Counted from the first letter of the stretch, positions 38,493-47,235 are shown. The stretch is 64,000 nt of DNA from a bacterium (GCA_028821235.1 JAPPGV010000161.1:291-64290); one strand, 5' to 3'. The notes: generated from the sequence alone by a model not told the origin. A program made the numbers and translations.

Positions 38493-40235
38493 TCAGACGG
38501 GGCCGTAATCGAGGACCGACGACCGTCCTGCGATGGCCACGACCCGCACGAGCAACGACTTGCCGTCCGCGTCCATCAAGTGCAGATCTTCATCTCCGGG
38601 GACGAAAGGGACCGGCTGCTGCTGTCCGCCGTTGATGGCGATGTTGGAGGCATAGAGGTACGTCCGGTAGCTGGCGTCGAGAATCGGATTGAGCCGGCCG
38701 GCTAGACCCGGTACGTGACCGGTCGACTCTGCGAACACGACGGAACCGCCATCCGCATTGGGGGTCAACTCGACTGCGAGCGCTCGCTCCATCGGCAACC
38801 AGCCTCGTTCGACATGTGCCGCGTAGCCCTTTCGAGCCACGAACACCGTCATTGGCAGGTGAACGGAGTGCAGGTCAAGGCGCGCCTCGCCCTCAGCGTC
38901 AGTGCGGTCCCGCTTCCAGGTGTTGTTCGGGAACAGTGCCAGCACATCCGCGCCGGCGAGCGGTGATCCGCCGCTACGCACCGTGACCACCACAGTGGCC
39001 GGGTCCGCGTGAACCTCGGCGGCGGGGAGAGTAATGCACAACTCCGAATTATCGATGAGCCGGAACTGTGCGTCCTTCCCGGATAACTCGCTGGTCTCGC
39101 GGCTGATGATAGAAACACCGTCGCCACGGCGCTCCATGAAGTGTTGCCGGCCTCCGGTACCCTCGACCCCACCGACGCTCATGCGGCCCAGGATTGAGGC
39201 GAGTACCTGGTTACGAGTCACCTGTCGCTCCATCATGCTCTCGACGGTCAGATTGTTGGGAAGTCCGCCCGGAGATCTCAACTCAAGGCGATCAGAAAAG
39301 ACCGACAACCGGATTCTGCTGCCTCGGATCGAGTAGTCACGGTGCACGACCGCATTCACCAGAGCCTCAAAGACCGCTCGCGAGCTGTATTGGGGCAGGT
39401 TCACCCGAGCGGGGTCCTTGCGCGCACCGACACGCATGTTTCGCATGACGAACGCGAGTGCCTGGGTGATCTGCTTATTGATCGGACCGACGATGTCCTG
39501 TGCGTCGATCTGCGCAGATGAGCGGTCAACGCCCTTGTAGCGAACGGCCGTGACCTCCGCGCCCGGAACGAACTCTCGGGGCTGCCGGGTGCACGCCAGA
39601 ATGCCCGCCACGGTGGCCAGAACCGCGCCGTGGCTGTCGGTACGCAATAGTCCGAGCTTCTCGAGCCCCAACCGGGGGTCGCGCAAGCCCTCAGCGCTGA
39701 GCAAGGGCTTCCACAGGTCCTTGTCGAGGGTTGAGAAGCCCGTGCCAGCGACCATCTGCTCGTCGAAACCGGTGAACCGAGCCTGGCCGCGCCTTTGCGC
39801 CAGGCGCATCCGCTCGTCGGGCGACATGGGCTGCTTGGCACTGCCCACGCGCACGAAGCTGCCCCCAGGGCTGTCGTATTGCGCGTCCCCTTCCGGTATG
39901 GAGACAAGGAGGAACGGCCGTTCATCCAGCTCCCTTCGGAACGTCTCGATCCTGACCGGTGGCTTGATGGAGTCCGTGCAGATCTCCCTGACCAGGCCCT
40001 CGAGTTTGTCCAGTTGGTAGCGGGACATTCCTGGCACATCGCCCGCGTCGGTGACGCCGAGCAGAAGGACGCCGCCCCTGGCATTCGCGAAAGCGGCGAT
40101 CTCGTCGGCCCAACTGTCGCGATGGTGCCGCGCGGGGTCGCTGGCGCGAAAATCAACATCTTTGAATTCCCAAGCGCTGTCCTCGCCGAGGCGAAGTTGG
40201 CGCCGAATCTCGTAGTCGGTGTACGCCATCGTCAT
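38493..40235 (-). CDS. AlbA_2 (Schlafen-like divergent AAA) / HATPase_c_4 domain protein with atypical beta-rich C-terminus
   Basis: N-terminus GEDSAWEFKDV...FANARGGVLLLGV (AlbA_2-like). Middle VFEALVNAVVHRDYSIRGSRIRLSVFSDRLELRSPGGLP (HATPase_c_4-like). The C-terminal roughly 170 aa are unassigned, and the first part looks like a carboxypeptidase-regulatory-like domain. Confidence 0.7.
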   Translation of the reverse strand: MTMAYTDYEIRRQLRLGEDSAWEFKDVDFRASDPARHHRDSWADEIAAFANARGGVLLLGVTDAGDVPGMSRYQLDKLEGLVREICTDSIKPPVRIETFRRELDERPFLLVSIPEGDAQYDSPGGSFVRVGSAKQPMSPDERMRLAQRRGQARFTGFDEQMVAGTGFSTLDKDLWKPLLSAEGLRDPRLGLEKLGLLRTDSHGAVLATVAGILACTRQPREFVPGAEVTAVRYKGVDRSSAQIDAQDIVGPINKQITQALAFVMRNMRVGARKDPARVNLPQYSSRAVFEALVNAVVHRDYSIRGSRIRLSVFSDRLELRSPGGLPNNLTVESMMERQVTRNQVLASILGRMSVGGVEGTGGRQHFMERRGDGVSIISRETSELSGKDAQFRLIDNSELCITLPAAEVHADPATVVVTVRSGGSPLAGADVLALFPNNTWKRDRTDAEGEARLDLHSVHLPMTVFVARKGYAAHVERGWLPMERALAVELTPNADGGSVVFAESTGHVPGLAGRLNPILDASYRTYLYASNIAINGGQQQPVPFVPGDEDLHLMDADGKSLLVRVVAIAGRSSVLDYGPV

Positions 40236-40297
40236 CGTGCCCTCGCGAGCGGCCCTGTCGGTATCTCTATGCTACCCATGGACTCCTCCGGCAACCT

Positions 40298-40440
40298 CCA
40301 TCCGCGAGGATCGTGATCCGGTGCTCACCGGTGAGGACGCCCGGGTGTCTCTGGCCATAATCGCGGCCATCTACGAGTCCTCCCGGCTGGGGAGGGAGGT
40401 CTTCCTCGATGCCTACCGGCCGGGGAACCCTGTCCCCTGA
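40298..40440 (+). pseudogene. orphan duplicate of the last 46 codons plus stop of the Gfo/Idh/MocA gene (right direct repeat, which extends to 40443)
   Basis: The translation ends ...REDRDPVLTGEDARVSLAIIAAIYESSRLGREVFLDAYRPGNPVP, identical to the C-terminus of the 37422-38489 product. The upstream context is unrelated. Confidence 0.85.
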
Positions 40441-40454
40441 GTCCGGGTGGGTCG

Positions 40455-42653
40455 CTAGTAGTCGTCGCGCCGGCGGGGTGCGTTGATCTCGCTTCCGAGG
40501 TGGAAGGTCACGCGCCGGAGCTCACCCTGGAACGGGAATGGCGCTTCGTAGCGAGTGCTGATGGGACCGTACTCGTCACGGCCCACGTCCATACCGGCCA
40601 GGGAGATCCAGATCAGTACGCGGTCGAAGTCGAACCACTCGCCTTGGTGGTCACCGGCGGTCAGACGACCCCGGCCGGCCCTCTCGCCGACAAGGTCGAA
40701 GTCGAACCCTAACGTCAGGGGGTCGCCGTCCGGCACGGAGATGCTGTGGGCTATGACCGGCCCCGCCGCGTTGTACTCGTAGTGGAGGCGCCCGTCCTTC
40801 ATGTACAGCACGAAGCCGGATGTCGGGTGGCCGTAGGCGACGATCACACCCTCCATCTCACCGGAAGCGACAGCCTCGATCTGGTAGGAACAATGCTCGA
40901 TCGGGGGTGTGGCGGCCCGCTCGACGTGGCTGAGGGGTGGGTAGTAGTCGACCCGCCGCCGGTAGAGCGGAGAGCGCTCGTCCATGCTGTAGGACCAGAA
41001 CAGCTCCATGTAGCGGTCGTCCAGCGGCAGCACATCGTTCGCCTCCGCCTCGTGCCAGAACAGGCGGTCCAGTTCAGCCAGCCTCTCGGGCTCGGAGGCG
41101 GCGAGGTCATTGGACTCGGAGAAGTCCTCGTCAAGGTGGTAGAGCTCCCACTCCTCCGTCGCATAGGGATCGCCGGGCGTGTGGCGAGTGACCGCCTTCC
41201 ATCCGTCCGCCCAGATCCCCCGGTGACCGGTCATCTCGAAGTACTGCGGGCCCTTGCGGCTTGGCACGGTCGGATCACCGAACGTGTAGGCCATGCTCTT
41301 GCCGTGGATCGGCAACTGGGAACGCCCCAGGTACTCGGCGGGCGGCTCCACTCCCGCCACCTCGTAGATGGTGGGTGCGATGTCGATCATGTGGTGGAAC
41401 TGATCAAGCACGGCGCCGGGGGAGGCCATACGGTCCCCCCACCGGACTATCAACGGAACCCTGATGCCTCCGCCGTGGGTGTAGCGCTTGTACCACTTGA
41501 GAGGCGTGTTGGAGGCTTGTGCCCAGCCCCTTGCGTACTGCGAGTCGGCGGTGGGACCTCCGATCTCGTCGATCCGATCGATGATGTCCGCTGCCCCGGG
41601 CTCGATGTCGTTGAAGAAGTGGATGCGCCCGAAGGCCCCGATGTCCCGGCCGTCCATGGCCGCCCCGTTGTCGGAGCACACGAAGATGAGCGTGTTGTCC
41701 CAGCGGCCCACCCGCTTCAGGTGGTCGAACAGGCGTCCGAGCGCTGCGTCGGTGTGCTCGATGAAGGCGGCGTAGGCCTCCTGGAGGCGCGCCGACACCA
41801 GACGCTCCTCCGCGGTGAGGCTCGCCCACGGGCGAACATCGGGATTGCTCGGGGGCAGCTCGGTACCGGGCGGGATGATGCCTGCTTCCAACTGCCGCTC
41901 GTACCTGTCCTCACGGATCCGGTCCCAGCCGGCGTCGAATCGCCCGCGGACCCTCTCCATGTACTCGGGGGGCGCATGGTGCGGTGCGTGGGCAGCGCCG
42001 AGAGGAAGGTAGAGAAACAACGGGTCCCAAGGGCGGTGGGCGATATGGTCGGAGACGAACCGTGAGGAACGGTCTATCAGGTCATCGGTCAGGTGGTATC
42101 CGTCCTCCGGCCTGGCCGGAGGCTCGATGTGGTGGTTGTCGCGCACCAGTTCGGGGTAGTAGTGGTCGGCCGCGCCCCCCAGAAACCCGTAGAAACCGTT
42201 GAAACCCCGGGCCAGCGGCCAGTCGCCGTAGGGCCCTGCCGGTCCCTGGCTGTCGGCCGGGAGCAGGTGCCACTTCCCGGCCGCAAATGTGTTCCACCCG
42301 GACTCGCGCAGCACCTCGGAGACGAGTGCCGCCCTCCTGGTGACCCGCTCCTGGCCGCTGGGGTAGTCGTAACGGGTCCCGGTGAGCATCCGCATGCCCA
42401 CCGCATGGTGGTTTCGGCCGCTCAGCAGGCAGGCTCGCGACGGCGAGCACAGCGTGGTGGCGTGGAAGTTGTTGTAGCGGTGGCCGCCCGCGGCCAGTGC
42501 GTCGAGGTTGGGCGTGGCGATCTCGGATCCGTAGCACCCCAGGTCCGAGAAGCCGATGTCGTCGAACATGATGAGCAGCACGTCCGGCCTGCGGCCGTTA
42601 CCTTCGGTCGCACCGCCCGTGCGCGGCTTCCGTTCTGTTCCACCGCCGTCCAT
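40455..42653 (-). CDS. arylsulfatase-family sulfatase (Cys-type)
   Basis: LIMFDDIGFSDLGCYG and the formylglycine motif CSPSRACLLSGRNHH. 732 aa. No N-terminal signal peptide evident. Confidence 0.9.
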   Translation of the reverse strand: MDGGGTERKPRTGGATEGNGRRPDVLLIMFDDIGFSDLGCYGSEIATPNLDALAAGGHRYNNFHATTLCSPSRACLLSGRNHHAVGMRMLTGTRYDYPSGQERVTRRAALVSEVLRESGWNTFAAGKWHLLPADSQGPAGPYGDWPLARGFNGFYGFLGGAADHYYPELVRDNHHIEPPARPEDGYHLTDDLIDRSSRFVSDHIAHRPWDPLFLYLPLGAAHAPHHAPPEYMERVRGRFDAGWDRIREDRYERQLEAGIIPPGTELPPSNPDVRPWASLTAEERLVSARLQEAYAAFIEHTDAALGRLFDHLKRVGRWDNTLIFVCSDNGAAMDGRDIGAFGRIHFFNDIEPGAADIIDRIDEIGGPTADSQYARGWAQASNTPLKWYKRYTHGGGIRVPLIVRWGDRMASPGAVLDQFHHMIDIAPTIYEVAGVEPPAEYLGRSQLPIHGKSMAYTFGDPTVPSRKGPQYFEMTGHRGIWADGWKAVTRHTPGDPYATEEWELYHLDEDFSESNDLAASEPERLAELDRLFWHEAEANDVLPLDDRYMELFWSYSMDERSPLYRRRVDYYPPLSHVERAATPPIEHCSYQIEAVASGEMEGVIVAYGHPTSGFVLYMKDGRLHYEYNAAGPVIAHSISVPDGDPLTLGFDFDLVGERAGRGRLTAGDHQGEWFDFDRVLIWISLAGMDVGRDEYGPISTRYEAPFPFQGELRRVTFHLGSEINAPRRRDDY

Positions 42654-42777
42654 TACTCGGCGAGCCTACTCCGCCGCCCGCGCATGGCGCACGCTCAGCT
42701 CAGGGCTCGCGGACTCAAGACCTCCTCCCTCGGTGGGCAATCCCGAGCCGAGAGGTCGTCATCTGGTCGCCGCCCCT

Positions 42778-42806
42778 TTGACACCCATGACAGGTGTATC
42801 TACGGT
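42778..42806 (+). promoter_or_regulatory. candidate promoter for the ABC importer genes
   Basis: TTGACA (42778-42783) - 17 nt - TACGGT (42801-42806), about 80 nt upstream of the binding-protein start. The spacer contains CACCCATG. Confidence 0.25.
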
Positions 42807-42884
42807 CCTTGGGGACAGGCTCAGGGGGTCTGGATCCCCGCTCAGGCTTGCACCCATGTGCAATCACTTCGGAGGGAGGATCTG

Positions 42885-44303
42885 ATGATTGCCCGAAACC
42901 GGAAACACCTTTCCGTTCTACTACTTTTCACAGTCTTGGCGCTAGTAGCGGCCGCGTGCGGGTCCGACGAAGACAGCACACCGGCTACGGCCGCCGCGAC
43001 CCAAGCGACAACCACCACGGCAGCCATGGCGGAGGAAGCTCCGACCACCACCGAAGCGATGGAAGAGGCTCCCGCCACCACCGAGGCGATGGAAGAGGAA
43101 GCTCCGACCACCACCGAGGCGATGGAAGAAGAGATGATGGGAACCATGGCTGACGTTCCCATGTACGACACTTGGGATGACGTACTCGCTGCTGCCGACG
43201 GCACCACGGTCAACTGGCACATGTGGGGCGGCAACGAAAACCTCAACTCCTGGGTCGACACGTATATCGGCGATGTCGTGAAGGAGCGCTACAACGTCAC
43301 GCTCAACCGGGTCCCGCTCGGCGACACCGTCGAAGCCGTCAACCTGGTCCTCAACGAGCACCAGGCCGGGGTGACCGAAGGCGGCAGCGTCGACATGATC
43401 TGGATCAACGGTGACAACTTCAAGACCCTGAAGGAAGCTGAGCTCCTGTTCGGACCGTGGTCGGAGGGGATCCCCAACGCGGCGCATGTCAACTGGGACG
43501 ACCCTTCGATCGCCTACGACTTCGGCGTCTCGGTCGATGGCCTCGAATCGCCGTGGGGATCGGCGCAGATGGTCTTCGTGTACAACTCGGCCTACGTGCC
43601 GGAACCGCCCAGGACCTTCGAGGCACTGGCGGAGTGGGTTCACGCCAACCCGGGCCTGTTCACCTACATGGCCCCGCCGGACTTCCACGGCCTGAGCTTT
43701 GTGAAGCACATGTTCTACTGGGCGGCCGACGACTACTCGGTGTTCCAGCAACCCTTCGACCAGGCGGTGTTCGACAGCATCGCGCCGAAGGTGTGGGAGT
43801 ACCTGAACGACATCGAGCCCGACTTGTGGCGCGGCGGCGACACCTATCCGACCAGTATCGGGGCCCTGCAGGACCTGCTGGCTAACAGCGAGGTCTACTT
43901 CGGCATGTCGCTAAACCCGCGGCGGCCGTCAACCCTGATCAACAACGGCACGTATCCGGACACCATCCGCACCTGGGTGATGGACACGGGGACGCTCACC
44001 AACAAGAACTACGTGACGATCCCGAAGAACGCCTCAAACCCGGCGGGCGCGATGATCGTCGCCAACCACATACTCAGCACCGAGAACCAGCTGATCCAGG
44101 CCAACCCGGAGCAGTGGGGATGGGGGCTCCCGACAGACACCACGACCTGGACACAGGAAGAGCGTGACATCCTCAACTCGTACGACCGGGGAGTGGCAAC
44201 CCTTCCCTTCGACGTCCTAGCCGCGGCCGGATTGCCCGAGCCGCACGCCTCCTGGCCAACGCAGATGGAGGCGGGCTGGATCGAGAACGTCCTCGAGGCC
44301 TAG
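42885..44303 (+). CDS. ABC transporter substrate-binding lipoprotein
   Basis: Start at ATG 42885, after the ggagggagga SD. Lipobox LVAAAC|GS. Repetitive Thr/Glu-rich linker followed by a solute-binding fold. Confidence 0.8.
   Translation: MIARNRKHLSVLLLFTVLALVAAACGSDEDSTPATAAATQATTTTAAMAEEAPTTTEAMEEAPATTEAMEEEAPTTTEAMEEEMMGTMADVPMYDTWDDVLAAADGTTVNWHMWGGNENLNSWVDTYIGDVVKERYNVTLNRVPLGDTVEAVNLVLNEHQAGVTEGGSVDMIWINGDNFKTLKEAELLFGPWSEGIPNAAHVNWDDPSIAYDFGVSVDGLESPWGSAQMVFVYNSAYVPEPPRTFEALAEWVHANPGLFTYMAPPDFHGLSFVKHMFYWAADDYSVFQQPFDQAVFDSIAPKVWEYLNDIEPDLWRGGDTYPTSIGALQDLLANSEVYFGMSLNPRRPSTLINNGTYPDTIRTWVMDTGTLTNKNYVTIPKNASNPAGAMIVANHILSTENQLIQANPEQWGWGLPTDTTTWTQEERDILNSYDRGVATLPFDVLAAAGLPEPHASWPTQMEAGWIENVLEA
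43026..43133 (+). repeat. in-frame tandem repeat (about 3.3 copies of 30-33 nt) encoding AMEE(E)AP(T/A)TTE
   Basis: atggcggaggaagctccgaccaccaccgaagcg / atggaagaggctcccgccaccaccgaggcg / atggaagaggaagctccgaccaccaccgaggcg / atggaagaagag. Confidence 0.8.
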
Positions 44304-44310
44304 TCAAGAG

Positions 44311-45273
44311 GTGAGCAGCACGGTGGGGCCGGCGCCCGCTCAGGCAACCGGCCCCACGCCACCTCCGTCGGGGACCGAGCTCGGTCCCATGACGCTTGAA
44401 CGACGCCAGACGCCCCTGAGGGAGCGGCTGAAGATCCCGCTGATGCTGACGCCGGCGATGGCGGTGATCCTCCTGCTGTTCCTCGGGGGGCTGGTCGCGG
44501 GTCTCATGCAGAGCCTCGGCTACTTCCCGGCCGCCGGCCTCACCGAGTTCACCTTCCGCCACTACGTGGACGCGGTCACCGACCGGAACTTCCTCGTCTC
44601 GCTGTGGACCACGTTCCGCATCGCCTTCTCGGTCACGCTGCTGTCGACCGTCTTCGCCGTCGGCGCGGCTCTCGTCCTTAGGCAGCGCTTCCCGGGTAGC
44701 CGTCTGGCGACGTTCCTATTCCAGATTCCTCTCCCCGTACCCCACCTGGTGGCCGCCAGCGCCGTCATCCTGCTGTTCGCCCAGAGTGGTCTCCTGTCTC
44801 GCATAGGAGCTGCACTGGGACTGATCAACGCTCCGGGCGACTTCCCGGCGATCCTGTACGACAACGCCAGCATCGGAGTGATGCTGTCGTTCATGTGGAA
44901 GGAGATACCGTTCGTAGGCCTGGTGGTGCTCGCCATCCTCCAGAGCGTCGGTCCCCAGTACGAGGAGTTGGCCCAGACCCTGGGAGCTACCAAGCGGCAA
45001 CGGCTCGTACACGTCTTGCTGCCTCTCATCATGCCCGGGGTGGTCTCCACGTGGATCATCGTGTTCGCCTTCACGTTCGCGAACTTCGAGATCCCGCTCC
45101 TGCTCGGACAGAGCTTCCCGACCACCCTTCCGGTTCAAGCCTTCCGGGAGTTTCAGCGTCCCGAACTGACATCGCGGCCCAAGGGGATGGCCATTGCCAT
45201 CGTGTTGGCCGTCATCACGGTCCTCCTGCTGATCGCATACAGGCGGCTGGCCCGCTACTCGAGGTCGACGTGA
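44311..45273 (+). CDS. ABC transporter permease
   Basis: Six TM helices and the EAA-type loop ELAQTLGATKRQRLVHVLLPLIMPG. Start uncertain (44311 or 44389). Confidence 0.85.
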   Translation: MSSTVGPAPAQATGPTPPPSGTELGPMTLERRQTPLRERLKIPLMLTPAMAVILLLFLGGLVAGLMQSLGYFPAAGLTEFTFRHYVDAVTDRNFLVSLWTTFRIAFSVTLLSTVFAVGAALVLRQRFPGSRLATFLFQIPLPVPHLVAASAVILLFAQSGLLSRIGAALGLINAPGDFPAILYDNASIGVMLSFMWKEIPFVGLVVLAILQSVGPQYEELAQTLGATKRQRLVHVLLPLIMPGVVSTWIIVFAFTFANFEIPLLLGQSFPTTLPVQAFREFQRPELTSRPKGMAIAIVLAVITVLLLIAYRRLARYSRST

Positions 45274-45292
45274 AACGGGCGGTGGGGATCCG

Positions 45293-46174
45293 ATGACCTC
45301 GCCAGATGCTCCCGGGCCTGCCCCGGGTCCGGACCAGGCAGTGAGCGAACGACGGATGCCCGGGCGGCGGCAGATCAACTGGTTGCGTTGGGCCACCGTA
45401 ACCGTCATCGTGGTGTCGGTGGTGCTGCCGGGTGTGTCGCTGCTGCTGAGGTCCTTCGCCTTCCGCTGGCACTATCCCGACGTTGTTCCCGGTGAGTGGG
45501 GCTTGGACGCCTGGACCTACACCATCGACGACACGTCACGTGTGTTCGAATCGCTCGGAAACAGCCTACGCATCGCGCTGCTGACCACCACTCTGGCGCT
45601 CCTGGTCGGTATGCCCGCAGCCCGAGCCCTGGGCCAGCACCAGTTCCGCGGCAAGCGGGTAGTGGAGTGGATCCTGATGATGCCGATCATCGTGCCTGCG
45701 CTGGTAGCCGCCATGGGGATCCACATCGTGTTCATCAGGCTGGGCCTCACCGCGACCGTCCTGGGCGTGTCGCTGGTCCACTTGATACCGGCCACACCGT
45801 ATTTCGTCCTGGTGATGTCCAGCGTGTTCGCCAACTACAGCCCGGCCCTGGAGGAGACGGCCCGGACCCTCGGCGCCAACAAGATACGGGTGTTCCGGTA
45901 CGTCACCCTGCCCGCCATCTCGTCGGGACTGCTCGTGGCCTGCCTCTTCACGTTCCTGATCTCGTGGTCGCAGTACGTGACCACGGTTCTGATCGGCAGC
46001 GGAATTCTGATCACCCTGCCGATGGTGCTCTTCCCGTTCCTCGGGCAGGGCAATGCCGCGGTGGCGGCCTCGATTACATTGATCTTCGTCGCACCCGCGG
46101 TCATGGTGTTGATCCTGACCTCTAGGTCGTTGGGGCGCGGCTCGACCGTGATGGGAGGTTTCGGCAAGGTATGA
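45293..46174 (+). CDS. ABC transporter permease
   Basis: TM helices and the EAA-type loop ETARTLGANKIRVFRYVTLPAISSG. Confidence 0.85.
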   Translation: MTSPDAPGPAPGPDQAVSERRMPGRRQINWLRWATVTVIVVSVVLPGVSLLLRSFAFRWHYPDVVPGEWGLDAWTYTIDDTSRVFESLGNSLRIALLTTTLALLVGMPAARALGQHQFRGKRVVEWILMMPIIVPALVAAMGIHIVFIRLGLTATVLGVSLVHLIPATPYFVLVMSSVFANYSPALEETARTLGANKIRVFRYVTLPAISSGLLVACLFTFLISWSQYVTTVLIGSGILITLPMVLFPFLGQGNAAVAASITLIFVAPAVMVLILTSRSLGRGSTVMGGFGKV

Positions 46175-47235
46175 CGGATGTGTCTCTCGTCCATCTCGGA
46201 CGGGCCTTCGGTGACAAGTGGGCGGTCAAGGACCTGAACCTGGAAATCGCCTCGGGGGAGATGGTTGCCCTGCTCGGTCCTTCCGGGTGTGGCAAGACCA
46301 CCACCCTGCGAATGATCACCGGGCTGGCCCGCCCTACCACGGGGGATGTGCTGTTCGACGGGTCATCGGTGGTGGAGGTCCCAACCGAACGGCGAGGTGC
46401 GGTGCTCATCTTCCAGCAGCATCTCCTGTTCCCCACCATGACCGTGGCCCAGAACGTCGGCTTCGGCCTCAAGATGGCCGGCATGGGCAAGGACGAGATC
46501 AACCGGAGGGTGGAGGAAATGCTGGAACGGGTCGAGTTGTCCGGCTTCGGCACCCGCAAGGCGCACCAACTGTCCGGAGGCCAGCAGCAGCGGGTGGCGC
46601 TGGCCAGAGGCCTGGTCACCCATCCCAAGGTCCTGTTGCTCGACGAGCCGCTCGCCAACCTCGACGCGAACCTGCGCATCACCATGCGCCACCTGATCCG
46701 CTCGATCCAACGAGATCTCGGGATCACCGCCATCTTCGTTACCCACGACCAGGAGGAGGCGGTCATGCTCGCCGACCGGATCGCCCTGATGTTCGACGGG
46801 ACCCTGCAGCAGGTCGGCAGGCCGGACGAGTTCTATCGCCATCCCCGCACGGCCGGCATCGCCAGCTTCTTCCGCAGCCAGAACTTCCTGCCTGGGACTC
46901 GCCACGGCGACGTGGTCAGCACAGGCGCGGGCGACCTCGCAGTGGGCCACAACGTGGCCGCCACCGGCGATGGGCCGGTCGTCGTCACGGCGCGGCCGGA
47001 GACCCTGGAGCTGTCGAACCGGCCGGGCGGGGAGAACAACCTTCCGGCGACGGTGACCTCGGCGATATACATGGGTACCCATACCCAGGTCTTCGTGCAG
47101 CTGGCGGACACCACATGGACGGTCCACGCCCCGCCGTCCGTCACTCTCAACACGGGCGACCAGGTGTTCGTCGAGTTGCCCAAGGAGCACATCTGGATAC
47201 TCGAAGATGACTCGGCAGCCCAGGACGGCCGGTAG
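46171..47235 (+). CDS. ABC transporter ATP-binding protein (importer type with C-terminal regulatory domain)
   Basis: Walker A GPSGCGKTT, signature LSGGQQQRVALARG, Walker B LLLDEP. Confidence 0.9.
   Translation: MTDVSLVHLGRAFGDKWAVKDLNLEIASGEMVALLGPSGCGKTTTLRMITGLARPTTGDVLFDGSSVVEVPTERRGAVLIFQQHLLFPTMTVAQNVGFGLKMAGMGKDEINRRVEEMLERVELSGFGTRKAHQLSGGQQQRVALARGLVTHPKVLLLDEPLANLDANLRITMRHLIRSIQRDLGITAIFVTHDQEEAVMLADRIALMFDGTLQQVGRPDEFYRHPRTAGIASFFRSQNFLPGTRHGDVVSTGAGDLAVGHNVAATGDGPVVVTARPETLELSNRPGGENNLPATVTSAIYMGTHTQVFVQLADTTWTVHAPPSVTLNTGDQVFVELPKEHIWILEDDSAAQDGR

Larger units (their letters stand above)
38347..40443. mobile_element. direct-repeat-bounded single-gene insertion (non-autonomous integrative-element-like; no recombinase gene present)
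   Basis: 146-bp direct repeats flank 1805 bp carrying one minus-strand gene. Spot GC counts on single 60-nt lines are 53-60% inside versus 65-70% in both flanking genes. Confidence 0.55.

Noticed and set aside
38493-40297. Search for an integrase, transposase, terminal inverted repeats or a second cargo gene inside the repeat-bounded insertion.
   Set aside because: Only the 580-aa AlbA_2-like gene fills the segment, with 62 nt of non-coding DNA upstream. The plus-strand ORFs inside it (83-173 aa) are antisense, low-complexity and motif-free. I saw no tyrosine or serine recombinase or DDE motifs, so the element cannot be called autonomous.
40219-40440. 73-aa ORF in the track (MYAIVIVPSRAALSVSLCYPWTPPATSIREDRDPV...).
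   Set aside because: Its C-terminal 46 residues are simply the duplicated end of the Gfo/Idh/MocA gene inside the right direct repeat. The N-terminal part is antisense to the start region of the inserted gene. I treat it as a pseudogene fragment, not a gene.
43026-43133. Tandem repeat considered as a possible CRISPR-like or minisatellite array.
   Set aside because: The units are contiguous with no spacers, in frame, and inside the binding-protein gene, where they encode a repetitive linker. No cas genes or repeat-spacer architecture occur anywhere in the window.
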